Origin: the human T2T-CHM13v2.0 reference genome, Homo sapiens
DNA: 64,000 bases
NCBI RefSeq assembly: GCF_009914755.1
Contig: NC_060936.1
Direction: 5' to 3' (one strand)
In this document: positions 28,752 to 47,945 of the stretch, piece after piece
How the letters are laid out: every line of letters starts with the position of its first letter
Numbering within the stretch: the stretch's first letter is position 1
The notes under the pieces: generated by a model
The model's database searches: none
Told to the model about the DNA's origin: nothing
Seen by the model: the letters and a program-made list of their open reading frames with translations, nothing else
Program-made: the position numbers and the translations under genes

Positions 28752-31700
28752 CATTTAGTGCTATAAATTTCCCTCTTAACACTGCTTTAGCTGCTCCCAG
28801 AGATTCTGATATGTTGTCTTTGTTCTCATTGGTTTCAAAGAACTTGTTAATTTTTGCCTTAATTTCATTATTTACCCAGAGTCATTCAGGAGCAGGCTGT
28901 TCAATTTCCATGTAGTCGAATGGTTTTGAGTGGACTTTTTAATCTTGAGTTCTAATTTGATTATGCTGTGGTCTGAGAGACTGTTATGATTTCAGTTATT
29001 TTGCATTTGCTGAGGAGTGTTTTACTTCCAATTATATGATTGAATTTAGAGTAAGTGCCATGTGGCACTGAATAAAATGTATACTCTGTTGTCTTTGGTG
29101 GAGAGTTCTGTAGATATCTATCAGGTCCACTTGGTCTAGAGCTGAGTTCAAGTCCTGAATATTTTTGTTAATTTTCTGTCTCAATGATCTGTCTAATACT
29201 GACAGTGGGATATTAAAGGCTTCCACTATTTTTGTGTGGGGGTCTAAGTCCCTTTATAGGTCTCTAAAAATTTGTTTTATGAATCTGGGTGCTGTTGTAT
29301 TGGGTGCATATATATTGAGGATAGTTAGCTCTTCTTGTTGAATTGAACCCTTTAACATTATGTAATGCCTTTCTTTGTCTTTTTTGAGTTTTGTTGACTT
29401 AATGTCTATTTTGTCAGTAACTAGGATTGCAAACCCTGCTTTTTTCAGCTTTCCATTTGCATGGTAAGTTTTCCATCATCTCTTTATTTTGAGTCTATGT
29501 GCATCTTTGCACATGAGATGTGTCTCTTGAACACAGCACATAAATGGGTTTTGTCTTTGTATCCTGCTTGCCATTCTGTCTTTTAATTGGGGAATTGAGC
29601 CCATTTACACTTAAGGTTAATATTGTTATGTGTGAATTTGATCCTGTCATCATGATGTTGGCTGGTTAATTTGGCAGACTTGTTAATGTAGTTGCTTCAT
29701 AGTGTCATTGGTCTGTGTACTTCAGTGTGTTTTTGTAGTGGCTGGAAATGGTTTTTCCTATCCATGTTTAGTGCTTCCTTTAGGAGCTCTTGCAAGGCAG
29801 GTGGGGTGGTGACAAAATACCTCAGCATTTGCTTGTCTGAAAAAGATTTTATTTCTCTTTCGCTTCTGAAGCTTAGTTTGGCTGAATGTGAAATTCTGGG
29901 TTGGAATTTCCTTTTTTTTTTTTAAGAATGTTGAATATTGGCCCCCAATCTCTTCTGGCTTGCAGGGTTTTTGCTGAGAGGTCCTTTGTTAGTTTGATGG
30001 ACTTCCCTTTGTAGGTGACCTGGCCTTTCTCTCCTGCTGACCTTAACATTTTTTCCTTCATTTTGACCTTGGAGAATCTGATGATTATGTGTCTTGGGGT
30101 AGATCTTTTCCTTGATTATCTTGTTGGAGTTCTCTGGATTTCCTGAATGTGAATATTGGCCTGTCTTGAAAGATCTCAAATCAACAACCTAACATCACAA
30201 CTAAAACCTAACATCACAAAAGCAAACAAACCCCAAAACTAGCAGAAGACAAGAAATAACCAAGATCAGAGTAGAACTGAAGGAGATAGGGACATAAATA
30301 AAAACTTCCAAAATAATCAATGAATCCAGGAGCTGGTTATTCGAAAAAAATTAATAAAATTGATAGACCACTAATGAGACTAATGAAGAAGAAGACTGAA
30401 GATTCAAATAAACACAATCAGAAATGAGAAGTGGGATACTACCACTGACCCCACAGAAATAAAAACAATCATCAGAGACTACTCTAAATACCTCTATGCA
30501 AATGAATTGGAAAATCTAGAAGAAACAGATACATTCCTGGACACATAAACCTTCCCAAGACTGAACCAAGAAGAAGTTGAATCCCTGAATAGACAAGTTC
30601 TGAAATTGAGGCAGTAATAAATAGCTTACCAACCAAAGAAAAAGCCAAAGTCCAGATTGATTTACAGCTGAATTGTACCAGAGGTAAAAAGAGGAGCTGG
30701 CACAATTTCTTCTGAAACTATTCCAAATAATTGAAAGGGAGTTACTCCTCCCTAACTCATTTCATGAGGCCAGCATCATCCTAATACCAAAACCTGGCAG
30801 AGACAACAAGAAAAAAGAAAACTTCAGGACAATATCCCTGATGAACATTGATGCAAAAATCCTCAATAAAATACTGGTAAACCAAATTCAGCAGCACATC
30901 AAAAAGCTTATCAACCACGATTAAGTTGGCTTTATCCCTGGAATGCAAGGCTGGTTCAACATACACAAATCAATAAATGTAATTCATCATATAAACAGAA
31001 CTAAAAACAAAAACCACATGATTATCTCAATAGACACAGAAAAGGCCTTTCATAAAATTTAACATCCCTCCATGTTAAAAAACTCTCAGTAAACTAGGTA
31101 TTGAAGGAACATACCTCAAAATAATAATAGCCATTTATGACAAACTCACAGCCAATATCATACTGAATGGGCAAAAGCTGAACTCATTCCTCTTGAAAAC
31201 TGGTACAAGAAAAGAATACCCTCTCTCACCACTCTTATTCAACATAGTGTTGGAAGTTCTGGCCAGGGCAATCAGGCAAGAGAAAGAAATAAAGTGTATT
31301 CAAATAGTAAGAGAGGAAGTCAAATTATCTTTGTTTGCAGATGACAGGATCCTATATCCAGAATACCCCATTGTCTCAGCCCAAAAACTTCTTAAGCAGA
31401 TAAGCAACTTTAGGAAAGCCTCAGGATACAAAATCAATGTGCAGAAATCACAAGCATTCCTGTCCACCAACAACAGCAAAGCAAAAACCCAAATCACAAA
31501 AGAACTTCCATTCACAACTGCTGCAAAGAGAATAAAATACCTAAGAATACAGCTAACAAGGGAAGTGAAGCACCTCTTTAAGAACTACAGACCACTGCTC
31601 AAAGCAATCAGAGAGGACATAAGCAGATGCAAAAACATTCCATACTCATAGATAGAAAGAATCGATATCATGAAAATAACCATACTACCCAAAGCAATTT

Positions 31701-33300
31701 ATAGATTCGATACTATTCCCTTTAAACTACTATTGATATTCTTCACAGAATTAGAAAAAATTATTTTAAAATTCATATTGAACCAAAAAATAGCTAGAAT
31801 AGCCACATCCATCCTAAGCAAAAACAACAAAACTGGAGGCTTCATGCTACCTGACATCAAATGATACTATGAGGCCACAGTAACCAAAACGGCATGGTAC
31901 AGGTACAAAAACAGGCACATAAACCAATGGAACAGAATAGAGAGCTTATGAATAAAACCACACATCTACAACCATATGATCTTTGACAAACCATACAAAA
32001 ACAAGCAATGGAGAAAGGATTCCCTATTTATTAAATGGTGCTGGGAGAACTGGCTAGCCATATGCAGAAAATTGAAACTGGATGCCTTCCTTACATCTTA
32101 TACAAAAATTAACTCAAGATGGATTAAATATTTAAATATAAAACCCAAAACTATAAAAACCCTAGAAGAAAATCTAGGCAATACCATTTAGGACATAGGC
32201 ATGGACAAAAACTTTATGACTAAATCACCAAAAGCAATTGCAACAAAAGCAAATATTGACAAATGGTATCTAATTAAACTAAGGCACTCCTGCACAGCAA
32301 ATGAAACTGTCAGAGCAGACAGACAAGCCACAGAATGGGAGAAAATTTTTACAATCTATCCATCTGACAAATGTTTAATATCCAGAATCTATAAAGAACT
32401 TAAGCAAATTTAAAAGAAAAAACACAACCCCATTAAAAAGTGGACAAAGAATAAGAACAGACACTTCTCAAAAAACACATACATGCAACCAACACACGAA
32501 AAATAGTCCAAGATCACAGATCATTAGAGAAATGCAAATCAAAACCACAATGAGATAAATTCTCATGCCAGTAAGAATGACAATTATTAAAAATTCAGGA
32601 AATAACAGATGCTGGCGAGATTGCAGAGAAATAGGAACGCCTTTATACTGTTGGTGGGAATGTAAATTAGTTTAACTATTGTGGAAGACAGTGTGGCAAT
32701 TCCTCAGAGATTTAGAACTGGAAATACCATTTGGCCCTGCAATCTCATTACTGGGTATATACCCAAAGGAATATAAATCATTTTATTATACAGATACATG
32801 CACATGTATTTTCACTGCAGCACTATTCAGAATAGCAAAGACAAGGGATCAAACCAAATGCCCATCAATAATAGACTGGATAAAGAAAATGTGGTACATA
32901 CAAACTGTGGAATACTATGCAGCCACAAAAAGGAACAAGATCATGTCCTTTGCAGGGTCATGGATGAAGCTGGAAGCCAGTATCCTCACCCAGCAAACTA
33001 AGTCAGGAACAAAAAACCAACACCACATGTTCTCACTTATAAGTGGGAGCTGAACAATAAGAATACATAGACATGGTGGGAGAACAACACTTACTAGGGT
33101 CTATTGATGGAGGGAGGAGTGGGAAGTGCATTAGGGAAAAGAGCTGATGCATGTTAGGCTTAATACCTAAATAATGAGTTGACTAGTGCAGTAAACCACA
33201 ATAGCACATGTTTACCTATGCAACAAAACCTGCACACCCTGCACGTGTACCCTGGAACTTAAAAATAAATAAATAATTAATAATAAAATAAAATAAAATG
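28752..33300 (+). mobile_element. L1PA10-13-type element with 5' inversion (28752-30168 inverted; 30168-33300 forward)
   Basis: Minus ORF1/EN pieces followed by plus RT/C-terminal pieces and a tail; TSD core AAAAATCCA at 28745-28753 and 33301-33309. Confidence 0.88.
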
Positions 33301-35200
33301 AAAAATCCACTGGATAGCCTTAACATAAGATTGGATACAGAAGAAGAAAGAGTTGATAAATTCAAAGATTTATGAATAGTTCTTATCTATTCTGAACTGA
33401 AAAAATAAAGAAAGTAAAGCATCAGTAATATATAGAAATTTATTATGAAGTATATCATGTGTGTTGTGGAGTCTGAGAGGAAGAAGAAGAAGAAGTTTAA
33501 TATATACCTAAAGAAATAATGGTCAAAAATCGTCCAAACTTACTAAGAAAAATCCCAACTTATAAATACAGGAAGCATGTTGAACCTCAAAGTGTAAATA
33601 TAAAGAAAAATACCCTTAGGTACAATATAGTCAAACTGGCAAAATCCAAAGATAAGGGGAAAATTTTGAAAACATCTAGCAAGAAAAGATATATATTGCA
33701 TGCAGGAGAAAAACCATGCAAATTACAGCATACCTTAATAAGAAATAGTGTAGGTCAGAACATAATGGAATACCATTATTTAAGTACAGAGGATAGAGGT
33801 AATGAATTGGAATTGTGTGTTCAGTGCAAATATCCTTAAACCATGAGGGAAAATTTAAGACAGTTTTCAGATAAGAAAATTCAAAATTTTTAATTAACAG
33901 ATCTACAGTATAAGAAATATTAAAATGTATTGTTTCCAATGATGAACACTCACATATCATGAAAACCTGTATGTAGAGGATGGAATAAAGACCACCAGAA
34001 ATAGTGAATATATGAGTAAATATAAAAACTACATTTTTCTTCTTAGTTTCTTTAGAGGCCTAGTGACTTTTTAAAACAAAGATTTTAATAATCATTGCAG
34101 GGTTTAATATATATGTGTATATGTATATATGTATATCTCAATTTATTTGAAATAGCACAAGTATAGGGGATTAAAGCAAATGACACAATTGCCAGATTTT
34201 TACATTTCTTGTGAATTGGCATACTTATCAACTGTAAGTAGACTTTAAAAATTAAGGAGGCATATTCTAATCCTTAGAGCAACCAATAAAATAAAAAACA
34301 AAAGGGTAGAGCTTACAACCTCCTAAAAAAATTACAATAGAATTTGAATAAACATTTGTTTATGAGATGGCAAAATGAAATGAACAGAACAACAAACAGA
34401 TTTTGTGTTGAATGAACAGATGGAATAAATAAAAAGTAAACACCAAAATGGTCATTCTAAATTCAGACATATTCATAATTACATTAAATGTAAGTGAATT
34501 TAAAACTCCCAATTATAAGGCAGAGATTGTCAATTTGGATTAAAAAAGAAAACAACAGAGCTATGATCTATCAAAATCACTGCCTTGTTTTTTAGGACTG
34601 GTATAACCAAAATACCAAAACCTGATAAAGATGTTATAAGAAAAGAATATTTTTAAAAAATGTCATTTGCATAAATGTTAAAATTCTCAGAAAAATATTA
34701 GGAAATCAAACACAGTTTATATAAAATAAATAGTACATTACTATCAACTGGGATTTTATACAGAAAATTCAAAGCTGATTTATGTTTCAAAAAATGTAAT
34801 TAAGGAAACTGTATTACCCGGATAAAGAAGAAAGGTAAATATGATATTCTCAATAGATGAAGAAAAAAAATTTGGTAAATAAAAACTCCACTTTTGATAA
34901 AAAAAAATTCTCAGCAAATTAGAAATAAAAGGAAAAATGTTCAGCTTAATTAAGAATATCTATGACAAACCTGCAGCTAATATCATACTTAATAATGAAG
35001 TCATTAATATGCTTTCCTCAGAACAGGGCCAAAGCAAGGACGGCCATTTTTACTACTTGTATTCAACATTATACTGGCTGTCATAGCCAGTGAATACAAT
35101 AAGGCAAAAGAATAAAAAATAAAATAAATAGAAGGCATAATAGAAAGACAGAAGAAAACCTTTCCCATGAAATTATAATTAAATATGTAGATAATCTTTG

Positions 35201-36037
35201 CATGGATTGGCAAACAATTTCCAAGTGTATATATGTGTGTGTGTATATATATATGTATATACATATGTATATTTAGAACCAGAAATACCATTTGACCCAG
35301 CAATCCCATTACTGGGTATATACCCAAAGTAATATAAATAATTTTATTATACAGATACATGCACCTATATATGTCTATATATATATTATATATATATCGA
35401 TATATAATATATATCGATATATAATATAATATATCGATATATATTATATATCGATATATATTATATATATCTATATGTAATATATATAGCTATATATAAT
35501 ATATATCGATATCTATATATATAATATATAGCTATATATAATATATATCTATATATGTCCATATATAATATAGATATTATATATATCTATATATAATATC
35601 TAGAGCTATATCTATATATAATATCTATAGCTATATCTATATATAATATCGATATTATATCTATATATAATATCGATATTATATCTATATATAATATCGA
35701 TATAATATCTATATATTATCGATATATCATATATAATATCGATATTATATCTATATATAATATATAGACATATATATGTGCATGTATCTGTATAATATAT
35801 ATAATATAATATATATCTGTATAATATATATAATTGTATATATAATATATTATATATAGACATATATATATATATATATATATATGGTCTCTATTGCAGC
35901 TATTCAACTTTTTCATAGTGTTAAAGCAGCCATAGCAAATAAGTAAATGGATGGGCATGTCTGTGTTTCAATAAAACTTTATTTTAAAAAAATAAACGTG
36001 GGCTTAGATTTGTCCAGCATGCCAGATTCTCAACTCT
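35201..36037 (+). mobile_element. MER58A-like element interrupted by an L1 fragment and a TA-rich expansion
   Basis: ttggcaaac start; resumes at ~35884 (atggtctctattgcagctattcaac...aataaaactttat). Confidence 0.6.
35345..35885. repeat. (TA)n-rich low-complexity quasi-palindrome
   Basis: TA units with recurring ATCGAT/TAGCTA; inverted arms at 35345-35382 and 35760-35797. Confidence 0.9.
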
Positions 36038-36487
36038 AAGTAGATTTAAAAGAACTATTAAATCTACTATGTAAATTTATGAAGATTACAGGATACAAGA
36101 ACTAAATTAAAATCCATGTATTTCAGTATCATAGCAGAAAAATTTGAAAATGGAATTTTAATAATTTATCTTGATTATATCGCTAAAAATGCTAATTACA
36201 TAGGAATGCATTAAATAAATTGAAAGACCTCTATATTGGAAACTTTAAAAATACTGCAGAAAATTTTAAAAAGACAAATAAATGGAGTTATAACATTTGC
36301 ATGGGTAAAATTACTGAATATTTGTAAGTTATCAATTCTCTTCAAATTGATTTGTAAGTTTACTGCAACCCCAAACATAAATCCAGAGATATTAAAAAAA
36401 TAGAAATGGACAAGCTATTTCCAACTTTTAAAAATCAAAACCCAATGGACCTAGACTAGCCAATACAATCCCTAAAAAGAATTTGTT

Positions 36488-36847
<360 letters not shown>

Positions 36848-37205
36848 TCACTGATCAAGATAGTATAAAAAAGATAGTATAATATTGGCTTAAGATCATG
36901 AAGGAATAGGATCTAGAAATAGATCTACACATATACAATTAATTAATTTTTGACCAAGACACCAATACAACTACAATGGAGGATTAAAGTATTTCAACAA
37001 ATGGTGCTAGAAGAACTGGATATCTATACAGAATAAAAAGACTCTCAACCCTTACCTCACAGTATACACAAACATTAATTCTAGATAGTAATATATGTGT
37101 AAATATGGAAGCTAAATATGTAATGCTTCTAGAATAAAACGTAGGAGATTGTGACTTTAGATAGGCAAAGGTGTTTTGGACAGCACACAGAAAGCAATAG
37201 CCATA

Positions 37206-37623
<418 letters not shown>

Positions 37624-39060
37624 TCAAAAATTCAAACATCTGCTTATCAAATTATATCACTAAGAAAATAAGAAGGCAAGCAATGGATTGTGAGAAAATA
37701 TTTGTACTATGTCTGACAAAGGACTTTATTTAGAATGCATACGTGGTAGAAAGTAGTTTTTAAAAAGAACTAAGAAGTGAATACCTAGTTCACAAAGAAA
37801 GATATACGAATGGTTAATTCGTGTATAAGAGATACTCAACATCATCAATCACCAGGAAAATATAAATTAAAACCACAATGAAATTCCATAAGACACACCA
37901 GAAATAGCTAAAATAAAAAATATTGACAATATCAAGCATTGATAAGATTGCAGAGCAACTGGAACTCTCATACATTGCTGGTAGAAACATAAAATGATAA
38001 AACAATGTTGTAAAATAGCTTGACAGTTTTTAATAAAGTTAAACATATTCTGTTCTATGACTTAGCAATTCCACTCATAATTATGCACTCAAGGAAAATG
38101 AAAACAGTATGGTTTATAGGAGCTGTATAAAAAACTACCCACATATTGGAGAATGGATTTTAAAAATATGGCATATTTATGCAATGGAATATTAGTAGCC
38201 ATGAAAGAATGAACTACTACACTGATATTACACAAAACACATGGATAAATTTCATAGACATGTTGAGCAAAAAGAAGCCATACACATAGAGTGCAAATTA
38301 TAATTTCATCTACGTGAAGTTCCAGAACAGCTAAAATTAATATATGGTGAAAAAAATTAGAAAGGGAAATGAAGAACATTTTAGGACAAAGAAAATACTC
38401 TATGTCTTAATAAGATATGGGTTACATAGGTGAACTCATTTGTCAAACTCCATCAAATTGAACACAACCTTTTTACATTTCATTGTATGTAAATATTACC
38501 AAAAATAACTGACAATAAATATTGAACTCTGAAGTTTCGTTCACAGTAGTATTTTATATAAATACATAAATGACAAATACTAAAATACACTCTATGGTTT
38601 TGGATTGGAATTGTACCAGTATGCACCCATGATTTTTAATATATTGAATATGGGAATGTATAATTTATAGAAATATATATATCTATATTTATCTTTTTCT
38701 TAGCTCTTTTAGAAACAATGACATACCACTTGCAACGAGTCTGTTGAAATGAACAGACTCTCCATTAAAAGGAAACCGGGTTGTTATGTGCAGAGCTGAG
38801 GCAGAGAAAATATAAACTGAGCCTGGAGCGTCTTGCTGGAGCAAAAAACTTTAAAGTACACAAAAATGATGAGGCCATAATAAGGAGACCCAAGAGTTAG
38901 TTGGAAGGGATTCCTACTGGCCAGATCTTGAATAATTTAAACATGGAGATAAATAGCAATAGTAAATGTAAATGCTATGACCCATTTCACAAAATAAGAG
39001 TGAATTAGGCCATATGTATAAAAATAGGGTGAACAGATAAAATATTTAGGGGGAAAGGAA

Positions 39061-39258
39061 AAACTGTTCTCCACAATAGCATGAATACTAATAAATATAT
39101 GGCATTGAGGCTAGTAGATGATAAAACAAGTAGGTGAAATTTTGATTACAAACAGGATTACAAACTCTTCTCTACAATAGCATGAATACTAATAAATATA
39201 TGGCATTGAGGCTAGTAGATGATAAAACAAGTAGGTGAAAATTTGATTACAAACAGGA
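39061..39258. repeat. Tandem duplication with 101-bp period
   Basis: 39061-39157 vs 39162-39258, 3 mismatches. Confidence 0.92.
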
Positions 39259-41779
39259 AACTTGCATCATCTCAAAATGTCTTCTCACATATTATGCATT
39301 AATAAATTGGAAAAAAATAGAAAATTTACAATAGAAAAGCCTAGCAGTTATCACTTTCACCAATTAATCAAAGCTAATTGGGAGAAACTGATATCATAGG
39401 CCTCCTTATATAATGCATTAAGAAAAACAGCCTTATGTCGGTGATTTTCCTGACCAAAAATGCATGATCTCATTCTAAGGAAACATCAGACAACAATCAG
39501 GGACATTCTACAAAATAACTGCCTGTACACCACAAAAATGTCAAGTTCAAGAAAGCCAAAGAAAAACTAAGGAATTGTTCCACATTAAAGGAGACAAGAG
39601 ATTTGACAACTAAATGCAATATAGAATCCTGAAAGAAATTCTGTTCTGCAGAAAAAAAATGCCATAAAGAATGTTATTGAGAAAAATTTTTTAAATTTGA
39701 ATATAAACTCTAGATTAAATAATAGTATTATATTAATGTTAAATTTCCTGATTATGATAACTATTCTTTGGTTCTGTTAAAAAATCTCATTTTTCTTAAG
39801 AAAAACACACTAAATAGTAATAAGGGTATATAGTATCTCTAACTGTCTTTCAAGGTTCAGAAATAAATAATTCAGAAAAATACACATATAGAGAGAAAAA
39901 TGATAAAGCAACTGGAACAATATGTAAACCACTGATACACCTGGGAGTTTGTTGTATTATATTTGCATTTTTTCTATAAGTAACAAATTATATGAATACA
40001 CCAAGTGACCAAAGAAGTGTTTTATTCATTTGCGGGTAGTAGAGGCATGTATTAGACATTTTGAAGGGGTCTAGTGAGCTCAAACTTTTGCTTTTCTTTG
40101 GTGTCCTGCCCCCAGTTCCAACGAAGGTTGTTTCTGGCAGTGAAATTTGTCCTGTATAGTACATCTACCTCAGGCCCTCACTGATTGAAGCTGAAAACAA
40201 CTGATTCAAACTAAGTAACTATGATTTTTTTCATCAGGTTTTTAAAAATAGGATTAAATGATTGCTTTGAGAAGAAATGCACACCCTTTTGTTCTCACAG
40301 GTAGCTTTCTCCAGAATAACACTTTCAGTCCCCCTTTCACCCATTACTTATAATCATTTAGCTGCATGGTTAGATAGTGAGACTGGCCTTCATTGTCCCT
40401 TACTTTTCTATTGAGCAGAGATAAAACCTTGTAGCTCCTCTCCCTAGAATCTCCTTTCCTCACCTTTTTCTTTATGTAAGTTTCCTGGAAAGACTCTGTC
40501 CCTGCAGGGATGAGAGCTGTATCTCTGAGAGGGTTTAGTTTAGGAAGTAAAATTGTAGAAAGTCCATTTGGCCTTAAATCCAACGCATATTCTCTAATCC
40601 AGTCTTATCAGGAATAAATATTTTTATCTTCATCTGTATGATTCCTACAACTCTAAAATTGGTTTCCCATAAGGAGAAAGGGGTGTGATTAATTATCACC
40701 CTCAAACTGCCAGGCAGTCACCACAAAGTGACTGGAAAAGCAAAGAAAACAGCTATAGGAAGAGACACAAATTTGAAAAGACAAACGATGAAACATTTAG
40801 TTCTCATGGATTTTTAATTTATTAACTAATTCCTTCTTCAATTCCAGCTATATTTATCTCCCCCTTAGGATTCCAAAAGACACACACATGTCTTTAAAAT
40901 AAATCCTGGGACTTAGACTTGGATTCAAAGAGACTGAACTGATTTCAGGCATTATTCTTCCTGCTAGTATGATAAATTTTAAAAATTATATTTCCATAAA
41001 TTTCACAATAGTGAATTTACTTCTATTCTCTTATTTGTTAGTTACTGGAAAACCTAGTCAAAGAGCCATTTAAACTCCAAGACCATGGAGAAAGACACCA
41101 TTTAGGGCAGGCTGATTATAGATGTGTATTGCAACATGAATGTCTTCAGTATAAGCCTTTGAAGTAAGGAAGAGAAGACAGGGAATATCAAGAAAGGGAT
41201 GGTACAGACTGGACAAACTAACACTGGTGCAATCAAGACCTACCCTTTGACTTAATCCCCAGTGTCCTGAGTTCTGAAAGTCAAGGTGGAAAAAAAATGA
41301 ACTCCAAATCCATTGAAAACAACTTTTACTGGATGATGGTACAGGGTGTAATTTCAGCAGAGAAATAAATGATTTAAAATTAATTAAGAATGTTACATAA
41401 GGAACTTGCTGACATTTAGTTATATTTATATCTTCTTGAGTCACTTCTGAGATCCCCTGGGATGAGTTAAAGGGTATAAAATCACTTGAGCAGACTAGAT
41501 TAGACTTCCCAGATTTTTAAATGGACAGATAATGTTCAGATCTTCTTTTTAATAATGAAATGTATTTTACTCACTTAAAATTCCGTGTCAGAATCATGTG
41601 CACTGGGTTTACCAAATAATGATGGTGTCCATTGTCAAAGTTGTTTAGAACAAGAAAGGAAAAAAAATTCAATTGACACAATTCTTTTCATGGAAACAAA
41701 TTAGGCAGGGACAGAAGTGAAAATCCTGTCTTTCTGCCATAAAATGGAAGCTGGATTTCTCTATAGTCTCTTCCAAAAT

Positions 41780-43745
41780 ATAAAGGCAAAGTAATACTGC
41801 CCACTCATTCTACCAGGCCAGCATTATTTTAATACCCAAACCAGGCAAGGACATTACGAGAAATGAAAACCGTAGAGTAATATATCTCATAAACATAGAT
41901 GCAAAAAACTTCTACAAAATATTAGAAAATTAAGTCCAACACTGTATAAAAAGAATGATAAACTATGATCAAGTGGCATTTATCCTAAGTACGCATGATA
42001 GCTTCAACATCCACAAATCAATTAATGTATTGCATCATATCAACAAGCTAAAACAGAAAAATCACACGAACTTATCCACATATGTGAAAAAAGTATTTGA
42101 CAGACCCAACACCTACTTATGACAAAAACTATCAGTCAACTAGGAATACAGGGGAATTTCCTCAACTTGATTAAGAATATCTACCAAAAAAACTTTACAG
42201 CTAATATCATAGTTAATGGTAAGAAACTTAGAGCTTTCTAAGATCAAGAACAAGGCAGGGATGTCCTCTATCACCACTACTTTTCAACATTGTACTGAAA
42301 GTCCTAGCTAACTTGATTAGAGAAGAAAAGGAAATAAAAGGCGTACAGATTGGGAAGGAAGAAATAAAGCTGTGTTTGTCTACACTCTACAAGATCAACT
42401 TCATGGAAAATTTGAAGGAATTGAAAAAAAAACTTCTTGGAACTAATAAGCAATTATAGCAAGATTGCAGGATGCAAGGTTAGTATACAAGAATCAATCA
42501 CTTACCTTTATAACAAAAATAAATGAGTATAATTTGAAATTAAGACCACTTTACCACTTATGTTAGCACTCCTCCCAAAATAAAATACTTAGATATGAAT
42601 CTTACAAAACATGTATAAGAGCTATATGAGGAAAATTACAAAACTCTGATGAAAGATTTCAAAGAACTAAATATGTGGAGAAATATTTCATGATCATAAA
42701 TGGGAAGACTCAATATTGTCAAGATTTCGTATTTTACACCTTGATCTACAGATTCAAGCCAATTAAAAATCCCAGCAAGTTATTTTGTGGGTGTTTACAA
42801 GGTAATCCCAAATTTCATATGGGAAGGCAAAAGACTCAGAGTAGCCAACTGAATATTCAAGAGAACACGGTTGCCTCCATGTGATACTACATGACTGTAA
42901 GATTTCCTATAAAGCTATAGTAATAATGACAGCGTGGTATTGGTTGAAACCGACAAAATAGATAAATGGAGCAGAACTAAAAGCCTGGAAATAAATCTAC
43001 ATAAATAAAGATAACCAATCTTTGACAAAGAAACAAAGGCAATAAAATGAAGTTAAAGATAGACTTTTAACAAATGGTACTGGAACAACTGGATATATGT
43101 ATGCCAAAAAAAAAAAAAAATCCAGACACAGTTCTTACATTCTTCACAAAACATTGCTCAAAATGGACAAGGGACCTAAATGCAAAGTACAAAACTATAA
43201 AATTCTTACAAGATAACATAGAAGAAAATTAAGATGGCCTTGGGTTTGGTGATGACTTTTTGAATATAACATCAAAGACATGAGCTAATTGGTAAGCTGG
43301 ACTTTATTAAAAGCAAAACTTAATACTCTGTATAAGACAATTTCAAGAACATAAGAAAACAAGCCAAAGACTGGGAGAAAATATTAGCAAAGCACACATC
43401 TGATAAAAAAAAGTTATCTAAAATATACAAAGCCCTCTTAAAACTCAACAATGAGAAACAAACAACCAGATTAAAATATAGGGAAAAGATCTGAACAGGT
43501 ATGTCAGCAAGAAGATATAGAGATGACAAGGAAGCATATGAAAAGATGTTCAACATCATATGTCATTAGGGAATTATAAATTAAAACATCATTGAGATGC
43601 ACACCTATTAAAGAGAGCAATCTCCAAAACACTGAAAATACCAAATGCCAGCAAACACTCATTCATTAAAGGTGGGAATGGAAAATGATACAGATGTTTT
43701 GGAAGACAGTTTGGTAGTTTCTGACAGAATTATGTGTACTGTTAT
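41780..43745 (+). mobile_element. Old L1M (MB/MC-type) ORF2 fragment
   Basis: Degenerate RT (ggcagggatgtcctctatcaccactacttttcaac) through C-terminal region. Confidence 0.75.
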
Positions 43746-47400
<3,655 letters not shown>

Positions 47401-47404
47401 ATCC

Positions 47405-47716
47405 TTTATTTCAACCCATTATTTCAATCCTTTTAATGGCTGAGTAGTATTCCATGGTGTGTGTGTATGTGTGTGTGTGTGTATGTGTGTGTATATATAC
47501 ATACCACATTTCTTTATCTACTCATTAGTCAGTGGGTACTTAGGTTGGTTTCACGTCTTGGCAATTGTGAGTTTTGCCATTATAAACATACATGTGCAAG
47601 TGTCTATTTTATATAGTGACTTATTTTCCTTTGGGTAGATACCTAGTAGTGGGATTGCTGGATCAAATGGTAGATGTACTTTTAGGTCTTTAAGGTATCT
47701 CCATACTGTTTTCCAT
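47405..47716 (-). mobile_element. L1PB/MA fragment in opposite orientation, with a (TG)n tract
   Basis: ttttaatggctgagtagtattccatgg...ccatactgttttccat. Confidence 0.75.
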
Positions 47717-47720
47717 CAAG

Positions 47721-47945
47721 GTCCATGTCCATGTGTTCTCATTGTTCATGGACACAGGATTGGAACATCACACACTGGGGCCTGTCAGGGGGTGGGCCAC
47801 CAGGGGAGGGATAGCATTAGGAGAAATACCTAATGTAGATGACGGGTTGATGGGTGCAGCAAACCTCCATAGCACGGTATACCTATATAACAAACCTGCA
47901 CATTCTGCACATGTATCCTAGAACTTAAAGTATAATTTAAAAAAA
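47721..47945 (+). mobile_element. L1PA7-type 3' end with a 21-nt 5' micro-inversion
   Basis: gtccatgtgttctcattgttc is the reverse complement of the sequence preceding catggacacagg in L1. Confidence 0.82.

Noticed and set aside
40404-40501. Exon-like segment (cctgcag/.../gtaagg) as exon 9 or 10
   Set aside because: No frame resembles FAAH
41070-41660. 124-aa ORF 41070-41444 and a donor-like site at ~41573
   Set aside because: No recognisable homology and a non-ATG start; likely chance
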